NCBI GenBank assembly: GCA_964106645.2
Contig: OZ067045.1
Direction: 5' to 3' (one strand)
DNA from: Podarcis pityusensis
Taxonomy: Eukaryota
Length of the DNA: 64,000 bases
The notes below the pieces were generated by a model. It ran no database searches, was not told the DNA's origin, and saw only the letters and a program-made list of their open reading frames with translations. The position numbers and the translations under genes are program-made. Shown here piece by piece: positions 24,953-39,320 of this stretch; within the stretch, counting starts at the first letter, position 1, and every line of letters starts with the position of its first letter.

Positions 24953-26135
24953 ACTGAATGCAGCTACTGCTTCAGAGGAGAGTCCATGCCTTGGTAATAA
25001 AGCACAAACTTTGCATGTACATGACTCCAAGGATCTATCATTGACATTGCCACTGAAAGTGTCTTGGATAGCAGAGCTGTGACCCAAGAAACCCCTGTTA
25101 CAAAAAAACTTGCATAGCAAAAGCCCTTGATAAAAGCAATCATGTCAAAACACATCAGGCAACTCTGCAATAAAACCTTTCTCAGTTTTGGCATCGTCAA
25201 GGTATATTTCTCTCTTGTTCTGCATAATTACGATCTGCCATTTAAAAGAAGAATGCAGTCCCGCCCAAGAACACAGAGGTTGGTCCTTGCTACTCTTGAG
25301 CCATCCTCTGAATCTACCCTTGTCTAGAGACCCCAAGAAGCCCAGGAGAAAACATGTCCAGATAGGTGTCTCATGGACAGGCCATGTACTGGTGGACACA
25401 TGCAAGCCTTGAAGGCTCTTTGGGTTTGCGATACAATTTCCAAGGCTGCCTGTGATCATTATATTAAAAGAAAAAAGAATAGTGACATTTGACTAAAAGG
25501 TTTTGCTCAGCCAGGCAAGCATTAAACCACTGCAGACTTTTACTCCCTGTAATTTAAAAGCTGGAAGCGGGCGGAACAGACCCAACACACCAAAAGAGGT
25601 TACTAGGCAACACTACGAAACGGACAGCAACACAGATAATCCATCCTAAAGTAATTACACTTTTTCTAATTAAAGATTACTGTAAATCCAATAGATCCCA
25701 ACAGGAACTCCAGCAATTTAGACACACATTGGCTAAGTTATCTGTTTTCAAGCAGTCACATTAGCATCTAACCCTTCACAATAAAACACTAGGAAAACAG
25801 AGGAGATTTTAATTTAATAGGACTTCAAACAGGCAGCTACTAGCCTTTGCATTACTTAACAGTCCTTAATGCAGATCTTTCACTAATTTGTATAAATTAC
25901 TTTGGGATTAGATTCTACAAAAAGGTGCCAGAGTTGAAAACCGAGTCAGCTTCCAGTGTCAGGTCTCAGCCTTACAGAGTGTGGAACGACAAGAGGAGAG
26001 TGTCCAAATAGGCACAGAATGCCTTCCCTACATACACACTGCGTAATCGTAGCCAACTCCCATTTATCAGGAATCGGGAGGGCAGAGTTCCTGGGAAGTC
26101 TTGATGCCAAATGCATCCTGTTAAAATGAACTCTG

Positions 26136-26436
26136 CTCACATGGAAGATAGAGCAAGCTTGTTTTCTCTGGCTCCAGAGGGTAGGACTCAAACCAATGGC
26201 TTCAAGTTACAAGAAGGGAGATTCCTACTAAACATCAGGAAGAGCTTTCTGACGGTAAGAGCTGTTCAACAGTGGAACCGACTCCCTCAGGAAGTTGTGG
26301 ACTCTCCTTCACTGGAGGTTTTTAAACAGAGTTGGGTGGCCTTCTATCACGGATGCTTTAGTTAAGATTCTTGCATTGCAAAGGGATTGGACTAGATGAC
26401 CCTTGTGGTCTGTTCCAACTCTACAATTCTATGATT
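26136..26436 (+). mobile_element. CR1 LINE 3' end
   Basis: ORF track shows SLFSLAPEGRTQTNGFKLQEGRFLLNIRKSFLTVRAVQQWNRLPQEVVDSPSLEVFKQ; ATTCTATGATT tail; near-identical to 41880-42176. Confidence 0.9.
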
Positions 26437-28301
26437 TTAAGACTCCCTGGAAGTCCTTTATTCTGTATTAAATGGGAACTAGATAGGATGATATTATTAT
26501 AAGTATTTTTAAAATTAAAAAATCAAGCACCTAAAACTGGTGGTTGCACAGTGATATTAAAGAGAGAGAGATTTGTGTTTTGCATAATGCTGGAGAACTT
26601 GAAAGCTAGTCTGTGACTTTTTGCTGGTTCAACTGTGCATTTTGGAATTTTTATTCTCTTCCTTTGCTTTTGTTGGTGTATTGTAGAATACACCAAATGA
26701 AGCAATCCAGGAGTAGGACCCTAAAACCATATGAATATTATTTTCTACCACCTGAAGATGGGAATTTACTAACCTTGAGATATAATTTTGCCATTCTAAC
26801 AACTCTGTGAGGTTAGGCTGGCCCAGGGCCACCCAGTGACCATAATGGCCAAGTGGGGATTTGAATCCTGGTTTCCCAGCCCAGCACAACACTTTAGCTG
26901 TTACATACCGTAATTTGAGGCACACAGAACAATTCCACTGCCAAAGTGGAAAGGAAAAAATCAGCCAGTGCGCTCTTATCGAAGTAACCTGAACAGCTGC
27001 CTGGGGCTGGTTGGGAGTGACAACTGTCGTTCTCAGTAATGAGGACTAAGACCTTGCTAGGGTATTTGTTTGTTTTAAATGAATGCAGGGTTTGTCACAT
27101 CCCAAATTCTGTTCCAGACATCAGATCCTGTGCGAATGAAATCATAGAACAGTAATGGCCTCCACTTATAGCTACACACACACAAACACACACACACACA
27201 CATCAAAAGTTGTGCTGAAATGAGATTTGAAAGCCTACCAAAGCTGGTGCAGAAGTATAAATACATTTATGCTATTTATTTATTTATTTATTTATTCCTA
27301 AATAGTAGACAGATACTGACATTTTCTGTTTACTATAAATACTGTTGCTATCAACAAAGCAAATACATTCTTATAATGTTCAAACAACTAGATTGTGGGG
27401 GAGGTTTACCTTTTCCAATACAATTTCTAATTATTAATAAATAAATAGGGCTAGTGAGTAAAAAAAGTCAGCTCTGTCTACAACTGTAAGCCTTCAGTGA
27501 GGAAAGCATTCAAGTGTTAGAATTAAGAGCACAGCTAACATTGAATCTCGAAGTGCTAATTTTCTAAATACAAGGTGACTGGTTCTTTTGGGTGTAATTT
27601 AAAACAAAAAACAAATTAATGGGAAGCATTTAAACGAGTAACACCCACCCAATGTAAAGTGGTATGGTCCCATTCCCATTGGGATGTACCATTATTCTGA
27701 ATGGATTCTACCTTAAAAGGCTTGACCAAATTGCATCAATCAGCTAAGGTCCACTATGATCAAAAACAAAAACAAAAAAAACCAAAACTGTAGACAACCT
27801 GCACTGAATTTTAGCAGACAACAGACTTTCCTGCATACAGTGCTTGAATCAGAGCCCCAGAAAGACTCAATTGGTAATTCACCAATTTTTGTACTGGAAG
27901 AATATGCACATTCCTCCACTGTGCTCTGGGAGGATTGAGATAGTCCAAAAGAAAAAAGAAGTTGTGGTAAAATTGACTGTGATTTCACCACATAGCCAGC
28001 TATTCAAACTAGCAAGGGAAGGGGTGGGGAACAGCTTTATAAAAGCCACAGAGAACCAATAGCTATGCAAGAGAATTTTTAGTTGCACCAGTGTTTTGCA
28101 CAATTCTAAAGATAATTTAGGTCTTCCTCCCAAAGCCTGATTCCCATGCAATGATCTGATTGAACAGCCAGATTCTGAACACAAAGGCTTTACGTTCAGA
28201 GCTTCCTCTTTCATTAAGTAAAGATAAAAAGGAATTGTGGCCTTAGATAAGATAAGGGTATCTTCAAGGAAAGTAATAATAGTAGGCTCAGCTGAAATTT
28301 A

Positions 28302-28532
28302 GGGGATGCCCACACTTCTACTTGTCCCTTTTCCTGTGTCTAGAAAGCACAGATCCCAGCAGTTTTCCCCTTGCCCCACTCCTTCCCCAGGGAAAAACCT
28401 GCTCTTCAGCTCTAAATTGGAACAAAAGTCAATCTGGAAAGAAACCCAAATTGCTGTTTGCTCCAACAGAGCAGCAAAGAGTGGTTTTCCCTGGGGCAAA
28501 GCAGCAGGACAAGAGGAAGTGTGGTTACACTC
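28302..28532. mobile_element. Harbinger-type MITE related to 24263-24559
   Basis: CCACACTTC / GAAGTGTGG termini, CCCCAGGGAAAA / TTTTCCCTGGGG inverted pair, shared AAAGAAACCCAAATTG core. Confidence 0.6.
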
Positions 28533-28657
28533 TGACTGGCAGCAGCTCTCCAAACTTATAGACAAGGATCTCTCCCAGCCCTACCAGCAGATGCCTTGGA
28601 CTGAACTTGGGAACCTTTTGCCTGCAAGGCAGATGTTCTACCACTGAGCTATGGCCC
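28533..28657 (-). mobile_element. Squam3-like SINE, 5' part
   Basis: TGACTGGCAGCAGCTCTCC...CCCAGCCCTACC...CTACCACTGAGCTATGGCCC. Confidence 0.75.
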
Positions 28658-28722
28658 TTCTCCAGTTTGATTGCCATTTATGCAGCTCTTACTTAACTGC
28701 AAGCAAGAAACTCCCACACATA

Positions 28723-28964
28723 CAGTGGTACCTCGGGTTAAGAACTTAATTTGTTTCGGAGGTCCCTTCTTAACCTGAAACTGTTCTTAACCTGAAGCAC
28801 CACTTTAGCTAATGGGGCCTCCTGTTGCTGCAGCGCCGCCAGAGCATGATTTCTGTTCTCATCCTGAAGCAAAGTTCTTAACCCAAGGTAATATTTCTGG
28901 GTTAGTGGAGTCTGTAACCTGAAGCGCATGTAACCTGAAGTGTATGTAACCCGAGGTACCACTG
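28723..28964. mobile_element. Tc1/mariner (Tigger/pogo-like) MITE, 242 bp
   Basis: Perfect 18-bp TIR CAGTGGTACCTCGGGTTA / TAACCCGAGGTACCACTG, TA TSD on both sides, internal TAACCTGAA repeats. Confidence 0.92.
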
Positions 28965-29589
28965 TACATCATTTTTCATCTTTTGTGGGGGGAAAAGATG
29001 CATTGCCCCCATCACTACAGTGCTACACAATGGCTTTAGACAGGTTGTTTCCAAACTAATCCATCTCAATGCTTCCAAGAGTTGCTGGGTTGCCACCTTA
29101 AAGGTTGTGAGAGTAATATGGCTGAGAGATAAGCAGCAAGCATAGGAACAGGGAAGCCCCTTACTCTTCAAATGTAGTTCTAAAGACTGTAGTTTTAAAA
29201 AGGAGATGTGCGGTCATTTGTCATTCCACAGGAAACTGCAGATAATATAATTTGTTTTATGAAACTAGGCAATTTAGACAAGTTATTTAATTTATTTAAT
29301 TAAACAACTCAAAAGAGGTAACATTCATTTTAACTGTATCAGGGGAGAAGGGAGAGGAAGCTCTAATGCCTGCTGATGTTTCAAATCTAAGGTGGTCTTT
29401 GATAACCGCACATCCATGATAAATTGAGAATGTGCCAGTTGTTTGGGGATTAAAATTCTTAATGTTCTCTTTGGCCTACCTTAGCAGGCCTTCAACAGAA
29501 ATTCCCCATCAAGAAATTCTGATTTATCCCAATCATTCAAGAAGGAATAAATGATGTGGTAAGTCAGAGCACTGCAGCTATAGACGATA

Positions 29590-30480
29590 CAGGGTTAGAG
29601 TCAGCGTGACATCATCTGCTTGGACCATCACCTTATATTCATTATCTTCTGTCTTAATACCTTACATCACCTCATTAGCCCTGATTGGAACCATTAGTGT
29701 GTGCAAATGCAAGGTCAATGAGAAGGTGAGGCAAAGGGCAGCCCTCATGCGTACTTCACTGCAAGCAAAAGTCTTTAAGACAAATCCAATGGCCATTACA
29801 CTTAAGCTTGCAAGAAGTATAAAATTTCTTTGAATGCACTTAACCTCTCAGGCAAACTGAATCACTCAGAAGCAAAATATGATTATTAAAGTATTAAAAT
29901 GTTTCTCTCTCTGGAGTAAAGGTTAACACCGTTAAAGGAATACTAATGCCTCCTCAGCATCAAGCACCAAGACTTCTACAGTAGGCACGTCCAACAGGTA
30001 GATTGTGATCTACCGGTAGATCACTGGATGTCTGTGGTAGATCACTGGCTCCCCCCAAAGAAGCTCAAGAAGTTTGGCTCCCCTAAAAAAAGCTCAACAT
30101 TTTTGTCCAATGCATGACTTCCCCAAAGAATCCTGGGAACTGTAAGTTGGTAAAGGTGCTGAGAATTGTAACTATGTGAGGGGGAAACTAGAGTTCCCAG
30201 TCATGTGCATTGCTTTAAATGTATGCTGTGGATCTGCCCAAACCTATCTGTTCAGGATGAAAGGGATCAGGTGGCACATTTTGCAAACTGGAAACTGAAG
30301 CAGAATTCAAGATGAACATGCTTCATTTCATTTAGAGTTGGCGCTGCCCCAAGATTTTAAGCACTGGCTGATTCTTAGGAAGCTTGATTCCAAGCATGAA
30401 GCACTTTGTGCCAAAATCTGGTGCTCCAAGATAGGAATGCCAAGAATCTGCCGCATATGCGATCCTGGGTGGTGGAAACA
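29590..30480 (-). mobile_element. Degenerate L1-clade LINE reverse-transcriptase fragment, interrupted by DNA elements at ~29980-30240
   Basis: In order on the minus strand: HPEQIG (cf. HPDQxGF, ~30245-30262), VLDAEEA (cf. LDAEKAFD, ~29947-29970), STHEGCPLPHLL (cf. GTRQGCPLSPLLF, ~29720-29756) and IRANEVM*GIKTEDNEYKVMVQADDV (cf. LYADD, ~29607-29685), with stops and frameshifts. Confidence 0.75.
29980..30105. mobile_element. Fragment of hAT-like DNA element with GGTAGATCAC repeats
   Basis: GGCACGTCCAAC start, repeated GGTAGAT(CAC) units and duplicated TGGCTCCCC...AAGCTCAA; interrupts the L1 fossil. Confidence 0.45.
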
Positions 30481-33400
30481 GTATGTCTGGCTTCAAAAGA
30501 GCAGATTTCTTCCAAAAGATAGCCTTATAAATATTTGAAAATAATTTGGAATCCTTGTGTTTTTTGACTTCACATTTGTCTGCTGGGATACCTGACACCA
30601 GGACTCATATGCCTTTGCAGTTTCTATGAATTCACGTGCAGAATTCCTCGCTTTTAAAAGACATGCTTCCTTAATGTTAATTCTGCTGTTAGAAGAAGAG
30701 GCAGAAGGAAACAAATCGCCTGGACATGTGGAAACTGTGAATTAGCTTTGGAAATGGTACCTGCAGAGGTCTGGGCCTTGCCCAAACCATGGTTTGTTGT
30801 TACAAGAACTACCCCTAGTAAGCCTTGGGCTCATATTGTTCCTTTGCTCTTTATGTAAACCATATTTTTCCATCAAAAAGGATCAAATTATGGCTTGAGA
30901 TCCTAGTTTGATCACAAAGTACTTTTTTGCCATCTTTGGATAAAAGAACAAATATGGTTTTCTGCAAACTGGAACCCAGAGACTTCCAATGTCCAATGCT
31001 ACTCACATAGAGAAGGCAAAACATCAACGCCTGAGGATCACTGCAGCTAGTTCACAACCCAGTTTAGATTGCACAATAGTAAGAATTAAGCCAATGTGCC
31101 TCTTCCTTGGCTCATGGACTAAACACGTCTGTACTTTTATTCTGTCCATTTTAGACTTCTTCTTTTTCTATTTTTTTGAGTACAAATCTAGATTCTAGAC
31201 CTTGTGGATCTGGAGAAAAGTATCACTGAAGATCAAGAATGAGACTTTGAGAAATACCCAACCTCCAACTTCCCATCCAAATCATGATGGCAGCTATCAC
31301 AGCTGATAGCCTCATTGGAGTGAACAATACCAAAGTGTTTCATCAGCCGAGACACTCTTCTACTTGAAAAAGCTTCCACTGAGGAAAGAGGACATTTCTC
31401 ACCCTGCCAGGAGGTTTTTCCTGACAGCAAAAGTTCAAAAAGGGACAAAATCACAGATACATGGGTTATGTGAGCAAGTACACTGTGGACATGAAATTCT
31501 CATACTATGAAAATGAAAAATATTAGAGGCTATTTTACTTCTCTTCCTTTTTTGTTGTTGTTGTTTTTTTGCTGCAATATTCCCCAAGGATGCTGAATTG
31601 CCACATTGATTTTCAGGCCCAACTGCACAAAAGGCATTAGAGGAGAAATGATACCATGCCCAGTTAGCCTTGGTCTGGTTTTCATCAGGCTCAAGCAAAT
31701 ATTAGGCAATGTACAAAATGTGCTAAATACATTTGGGGGGAATTCAGGGCAGCCTGCTCAAATCCATTCCAATAATAATTTCCAAGTGTGATGTCCTTTT
31801 TCAAGTCAGAAGAAGAAAAATGCCATTCATCAAAAAGGAGATGATCAGGCCAGTCATACTTAGCCAGCCGCTTGCAATATATTTCAAAATTATTATTAGA
31901 TTAAACCCCAAAACAATTGTGACAAACGCAAATTCTTACTCCCAATTTGCAAACGATGAAAACACTAGCGAGCAAGAGAGCTGAGTTACCCAAGGTCAGA
32001 TATGCTAACCGAAGCACAAGTAGGAACAGTGCCCTGGAGACCTCCTGACTCACCAAATCCCTCCGCCCCAATGAAAACTGAAAAGGAAGAAAAAATCTTT
32101 CAAAACACAGTTTAGCTTAACTCCTAATTAAATGCCGAACCCAGCTGTACAGAGCCATGAGAAATATTTTTAAAGCCTTAAAAACAGGGGCTATATTAAG
32201 CAATAATCCCAGAGGTACCTAATTTGGGAAACATCACAACAGAACTGGTTGACTTTGCAAGTTGTTGCTTTCTAATGAGGCAGCAGAATGCAAGTGAGTG
32301 GCAATGGCTTTGTAGGGTGAAACAGCACAAGGCTAGGGGGCTAACTGTGGAGTGGGGGCTGCAATAGGCAGGGAGGAAATGCTATTTTGGGTCCCTTCAC
32401 CTCTCTTAATTAGATCTTACAGGCAATTCTATTAGTGGCTGAAGGTTTTTGACATCCCTGGGGCTGCAGAAGGAAAAAGAGGCCCCTTGTTTGCCCTAAT
32501 CCCCTTTATCTAATCCTGCAAATCATATTCTAGAGTGCAAAGCAAAACGGGGTAGGGTATTTCTGAACAACACAACTCAAAGAACAAAGCAAATAAACTT
32601 GCACTTTTTACTTTTTTATTCCACTCTGGGTGGTAGTCAGGACATTGGTTTTCGATGAATAGTTCCTCAAGGAACAATTTCTGTGTTGACTTGCAAACAC
32701 CATCCCATCTACCAATGAACTTTGAGAATTAGGGGGCAAGTTGCAGGGCAAAGTCGCTGTGCCCCCTGTAATGTGTAGGTAACCACAGGGAACACTGACA
32801 CCAAGTTTTTTTGGGAACCTCCATCACCATGGAACTCCAGATAACCTTCTCAAGAACCTCAGGATTCCCCGGAACACTGTGTGGAGGTTCAGATGTAACA
32901 ACAAACCATAGTCTGAGTGAGCCCTGAATTTTATATACTCCCAAATTCCAGCTTCCAGTCTCACTTGAAATTTTGCTACAAAACCAAAGTTTGTCATTCC
33001 ATCTAATTTGGCCCCTAGATTAACATTAACATGCAATTTTTTCCGTGTAAGTAGCAGCTGTTGGGAAGCTCAAGTGGCACTGAGAACTTGGGAGAGGACC
33101 CTGGGAGACGGAGTTTGTCTTTCTAGTGGCCATGGTCTCAAACTTCTTCACTTCACCCACAAGGCTGTTCAGGCTTCTCTGTGGCTTGATGATGACGATG
33201 ATGTTGATAAAAAATATATATTTGTATCCCACCCTTCTTCCTATTTACATAACATTTGTTATGTGAATGTGATGCACATTTGTTAACTGCATTCACACTT
33301 TCAATAGCCTTACTTATCTGACCCTATGTTTTGCCTGCTAATCAGGATTGCAAACTTTAGTTTTAAGTGTAATTGCAGTCTTGCTTCGTGGGCAAAATGG

Positions 33401-36156
33401 TTTGCCACTAAATCAGAAGGGAGAATGGAAATTATCATTATTGTGAAGATTTTGTCTGCCATTGATCCAACAATATCTGAGAGGGCTGGCCACAGGTTCC
33501 CCATCTCAGCTAAAGCTAAGTGCACAATAGCAGGACTCCATAAAACTGAAACAAAAACAATATATTCATTATATTGAAAGGAAAATCCAGAAAATAATGA
33601 AAACCTGCAAATAAAAAGACTGAGGTGCCACAAAAAGATCCCAACGGAAGCATTTAATTTTAAACTTGAATCAGCTATAACAAAACCAAGGAAAAGAGCA
33701 AACAAAACTGTGAGACAATGTCAAAGCTCCAAAACTGTCAGGCAAGATCCAAAAAAAAAAAAAAAGATCTTTACTTCCCCCTGAAAAGAATTGTGTGTGC
33801 CAGCCTGACCTCAAAAGCCATCATCCTGATGCTCACACTAAAATATTAAATAGCTTCCTCTAAACAACAGGCAAACAACAACTTGTCACTTATCTTTTTA
33901 AAAATAATTTGCTTTGGATTTTTAATCTTGTCCAGCCTGGTGAGACACCTTTGAAGTGAGGTGCGCCCAAGGGACAAAAGGGTGTGGGAGCACAGAGCTT
34001 GCTGACATAACACTACATCATAGTTCACTATTACATCTGAACCAGCCAGGTGTGAAAACCACCTTGGTGCAGAGACAAATCGGTTCCAGTCTTTCCCCTT
34101 CTCAGCAGTAATCATGGTGTCTACTCTGAAGGTATGCCAATGCTAACAAGTACTTGGGCACATTCCTTTCAAATTCTGGTTAAAACTAGCCATCACAAAC
34201 CATTGGTGCAAACGTAATACAGCACTATGGCTAACACTGACAAAGGAGGAGAGGGGTAAGGTGGGCACGACCCTGTGGCTCACCTTCAGTCATAGTTCAG
34301 GGATCAGTACTGTTGTATCTGTACCACCCAGCCTAGAGGAAGCAATTGTTTTCAACCTGCTAATGCTACACCCTGCCATTCACAAGAAGCAATCAGCTCT
34401 GTGTCAAAAATCGCAGCTATTTTCCAGGATTAAACGTGCCTATACCTTCTGCCATACTTTTCTGACCCCCTCCCCAAAAAGAGAGAGACCAAAAGATTTC
34501 CTGGCAGCGAATACTGAATGGGTGAAAGAATACAGCTTGTGTAATAAATGAACGTAAGAACTAAATATAATTATAATCAAGGATAAAGTAATCATTAAAG
34601 GGATGAGTAGGCAGCTCTCTGGTCAACAATTTTTGTTCTATGGGCTACAGAAGAACCACAATTTAAGTTTTCATGCTATCAAAATCCAGCTATGCCTCAT
34701 GATACTTGTAACTCAGCTGTTTAAAAACTTTTAAAATTCTTTCTTATTGCAGAAAATGACCAGAAGGTGGACTGGACATTTTAGGAATGTGATGGTTTCT
34801 ATCAGATCATTCTTTAGGCTAAATGTGTTTTCAGGACTAAGTTGTAATGAATTTGTTCTTCTCTTTATTAAAAGGCTCAACTGTTTCATTTCAATCTCCT
34901 GACCACAGACTGGGAATCTTCCATGTTCCTCCCTCAACTATTGCGTGCACATTTCCCTTCCATGGTTATTTGAAGTCATGATATAGCATTACAGGTATAT
35001 ATATCAGCACTAATCATGGACTGCTCTTGCAACCAGAATCTGTAATCTAGATTTGACATGTTTCTGCAAATCTGGTTAAAGAAAATCATAGAAAGAGGGG
35101 AGAACCTTGCAATTCAGTACAAATAAAAACAGTTTTAGATTAAGAACCTGTTCTGTACTTCCGTAAAACACATGAGGTTTAGTAGTGGGACAGAAAGGGA
35201 AAAACTGAAATGGATTGCTGGTATATACAAGAACACATGCACACACCACACACCTCCTAAAAGGAAGAGAAGGCACTTGTCTCTTTCAGTGTTCTGTTCT
35301 AGATCTGCTAATGGGCCTATCCAGTCACTGAGCACTATCGTAGACTGTTTTATCCGCTACTCATCCATTTAGCACTTAATATCTCTTCTCATTTTCTTCC
35401 CTTTGACAGCCTCTGAGATGGACTACTATTCTTGTGTTGTTATTCACAGAAGCTGAGGTAGCAACTGCTTAAGGCTGTTAGTAAATACATAACCAAGCTA
35501 GGGTTTGAACCCAGGCCAAGCCTGTCACTATCTACCAAACCACCCTAGTTCTCAATGCTTGCATAATTTAAGATAAATAATCCCTTAGGGGAGGGAAATG
35601 TATACAGCAGGCGTGCACAGGAAGGGTAATGCAAAGTTAAAGCTCTGCTTAATGTAAACCAAATACACACTGGGAGTTATGAAAATATGGTGCTAAGGTA
35701 GCTCAGATTGTGATGAATAACAGCACTGAGATGGGTACAGCTTCCTGGAGTGGTGAGAAAGTGAAAAATAAGGAAGAGATTTCCTCCCGCATTTGCAGAA
35801 TGGCATTAAGTTTATATATACTCCCAAACTTTTAATAAAAATCCCAGTTTTCCAAAGCTATCTGACATGACCGCAAGAAACCTTTAAATCATCCGCCAGC
35901 CCCCACAAGTGGAGCCATATGCAGATGAGATCAATGAACGTTGAATTAAGTCCTGTTTTTATTTTTTGAGTCAGTGAAGCCACAAAATGATTAACATTAT
36001 GATCAGCAGGATAGACGGGGGGCCCAAACAGAGAAAGACCATACAGCAGAGGTAGCTAGCATGGTGCCCTCCAGATGTTTTCTGGACTGCTACACCCATC
36101 AACCCTAGTCAGCAAGCCCAAAGGCCTGGGATTATAGGAGTTGTAGTTCAGGAACA

Positions 36157-36490
36157 TGGAAAAGTTTCAGAAAAGGACAACCAAAATTGTCAAGGGGATG
36201 GAGCAGCTCCCTAATGAGGAAAGGCTACAGCATTTGGAACTGTTTGGTTCTGAGAAATGATCAGTAAGAGGTTACATGATATAAGTTTATAATATAATGC
36301 ATCGCATACAGAATGTGCCCTGCCTCTTAACACTAGAACTCGTAGACATCCAACGAATCTGAATGTTGGAAGATTCGGGACAGAAGAAAGTACTTCTTCG
36401 TGTAGTACATAGTTAAACTATGGAACCTACTCCCACCACAGCCGGTGATGGTCACCAATTTCAATGGCTTTAAAAGAGAATTAGAAAAAC
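36157..36490 (+). mobile_element. CR1 LINE ORF2 3' fragment (second subfamily)
   Basis: GAAAAGTTTCAGAAAAGGACAACCAAAATTGTCAAGGGGATGGAGCAGCTCCCTAATGAGGAAAGGCTA translates EKFQKRTTKIVKGMEQLPNEERL. Confidence 0.8.
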
Positions 36491-39131
36491 TCTTATTTCC
36501 TGAACATAAATTCAGTTCTCCACATCATAGTTGCAATTATTATTTAAAGTCCTCAAGAAAATTCATAAACATTTTAGTGCACATTTCTGCAGATAATTTT
36601 TCCTGAGAAAAAGCATTTCCTCTAAGACAATGAACTGGAGTATGTATTCACCAGTATATGCATTTATTATAATGTATCCTAGTATATGCATTTTTGTACA
36701 CAGTACTTGGCTGAAAAGGTACATCAAAATTCAGAAAAGTACAAATTCCATAGGATGGCTGTGTTTTGATTTGTGTATTGTTTCAAAAACTGCAGATTAG
36801 GTTCAGTTCTCATTTAATCTAATTTCTCTTTCTTCCCTACTCCTGAATCTCATCCTTTGTTCATTAGTCACGTTGGAAAAACTGAGTAGGGGAGTAAAAC
36901 TATTCTCTCCCTTTCTTTTAGTTTCCTGTGTCCTTTTTTAATCCTCTATTCTTGGCATTAATACAAAAATAATCTCCAAATACAGTTCTCTCCTGAGTTT
37001 TATGTCTCCAGCAGAAGCTGAACCGGAAATTCCTTTTACCTCTAGATGTCTCGTCCCAAGAAATACCTGGAGGCTGCCTTGAGGGCTCTGACATGGCAGG
37101 TCACTCTTTTCAGAGTTTCTGTGAAGCTCCTAATTAGAAAAAAACAGGCAAGTTCTCTCTTGCTGAGAATCTCAGCGTGCCTAGCACAAAATACCGCAGA
37201 GACCCTTGTTCCCAACTTGGTGCCAGAGAACAAGAAGTTAGAGAAAGACAGTATATTTTTCCAGCAAGACTTGGTGTCAGAACACACAAATCACACACAG
37301 ATCTTCAGACATGCCAAGGGCTAAGAAAAATGCTCTGCAGAAAAATATCCAAAGCACAGGTTTCAAAGGACAGGTGCAGCCACACTAACAGATCAACTCC
37401 TCACATATCTGATAAGTGGTGAAGGTAAGTAATGGGTGGCTGCAGGTGGGAAGTTTTCTTCCTCTGCTCACCACTCCTCTCCCACGTACTTCCTGTTCCT
37501 CTGCATGTTTCCAACATGTGAGGAGGGGACTGAAAAACAGTGGCAGTAGGAAGGTTTAGCCACTCTTCTCCGTCTCTGCTTATTGGATGGGCAGAAGTGA
37601 CTTAGGACTCCCAAAAGCAGGCTCTCCACCTGTTTGGTTCTCAGAAATGAGCAACAACACAGAAGCTGTTACAATGGATGTCAAGATGGTGTTATTTAAC
37701 CTCCTCTCCGCCCACCAATGCCCGTCACACACCAGTACAGCACAGTCAGCAAGAACCCAACAATCGCCACTGACCACCTTAGAAGGAACATCAAAAATGC
37801 ACCCAAGTCTAGGAGCAGGACTAGGATTGAGAAGGAACACAGCTTTGGTCTTTGCCAAATGTGGGTCATTGCCAAAGGCATGTAAAGAGCTTCCTAATTT
37901 TTGGGTGTTCGGGAGCTAAGCTGCATTTGAAGACTGGAGTCTGCTGTTCTCATGTGCTGCCCTGTGGAAAAGGATGCTTTGCTTAGGGGTGGAAGCAGAG
38001 GAGGACTTTCAACTCCTTACAACACCTGCTGCAACGAAAAAGGTCTTTTTCACGTGCCTGAAGTTCAGCAAGGAGGGTCCTGCCTAATCTCAGTTGGGAG
38101 GGAGTTCCACAGGTTTGGGCCCACAACACAAAATGCAGGCATACAGCTCATGGATTGAAACACACACACACACACACGTGTCACTTCTGGCAGCCTGTCC
38201 AATTTATTATGGTTTCTTTCCAAGCACCTGGCTTCTTCATCTGCACCATTTGTTCAGCACTTCATTTTCTTTAACCACCCACTTTTCCTGGTTCATTTAA
38301 GAGTGAAGCCCGCTCCAGTGAGCAGGGGAGGTGCCCTCAAGATTGACACATGATTTCACAAATCCAGTTTATCCTGTAAGCTAGAAAAACAGGATGCTCC
38401 CACCCCGGGTCTGTTGATCTTTTAGGCACTTTCTTTCACCACATCACAAATCTCTCTATTTAGAAAACTGGCAAAGGTGCTGCTCTTAATTACTCTTCTT
38501 TATTATTTCCAAGGGAAACCAAACAGAGAATAAACAGATGCCTGCCCTGCAACAGACTGAAAATGGCATTAACGGCTAATAAATTATTGGACACTTGCAC
38601 CACCACAAAGATTATTACATTTTGATGTCCATTTCAGTAAAGCGTAATTGTTCTACGCAGAAGTAAGGCCAGGTCTTTAAAGAGAGCAATGACAGAGGAG
38701 TGTTACGGATCCAGATTGAGAGTGCAGTGCGCAGTGGTGAACCCTTTTCCTTACATGCTTAGATACATACACATACAATTGTATTTGTACCAAATAATAG
38801 GGGTTTGGGAGGGTGTAATGGTGTGCTAATCTTAATTTTTACTATGGTTTTATTTATTTATTTATTTTATTTATTGCCTTTCTATCAGCATAATTCCTGC
38901 ATAATTCATGGGACTACAACAAATAAGGGGCTGGCAAACATCTGGTAGGTGTTTCATCGCTACATAAGCTGTTTTAAATGGTTTTTAATATTGTGTTTTA
39001 ATGATGTAACCTGCCTTGGGGTCTTATGGTAAAGGGCAGGTAATTAATTAATTAATTAATTAAACATTCTCTGTTCTTCATTTATGTTCTGAGCTAGGTA
39101 AAATATAAATAAATTAATAAATTCTGCCAAA

Positions 39132-39320
39132 GACCGTTCTTAACCTTTAGGGGATCATGGACCCCTTTGAGAATCTGATAAAAGCTTTAGAGACTCTCCC
39201 TAGAAAAACGCACATCAACAGTACACCCAACATTTTGCATACAATTTGCACCTGGTTCACAGATCCCTAATACCCAGCCATGGATCCCTTCATAGACCAG
39301 GAGGGGTTATGAACCCCTCC
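39132..39320. mobile_element. hAT (Charlie-like) MITE
   Basis: GTTCTTAACC / GGTTATGAAC termini and GGATCATGGACCCCTTTGAGAATCTGAT body. Confidence 0.55.

Noticed and set aside
28723-28964. Short spaced repeats (TAACCTGAA) superficially like a CRISPR array
   Set aside because: Eukaryotic intron; the repeats are subterminal motifs of a TA-flanked MITE, irregularly spaced, with no cas genes.
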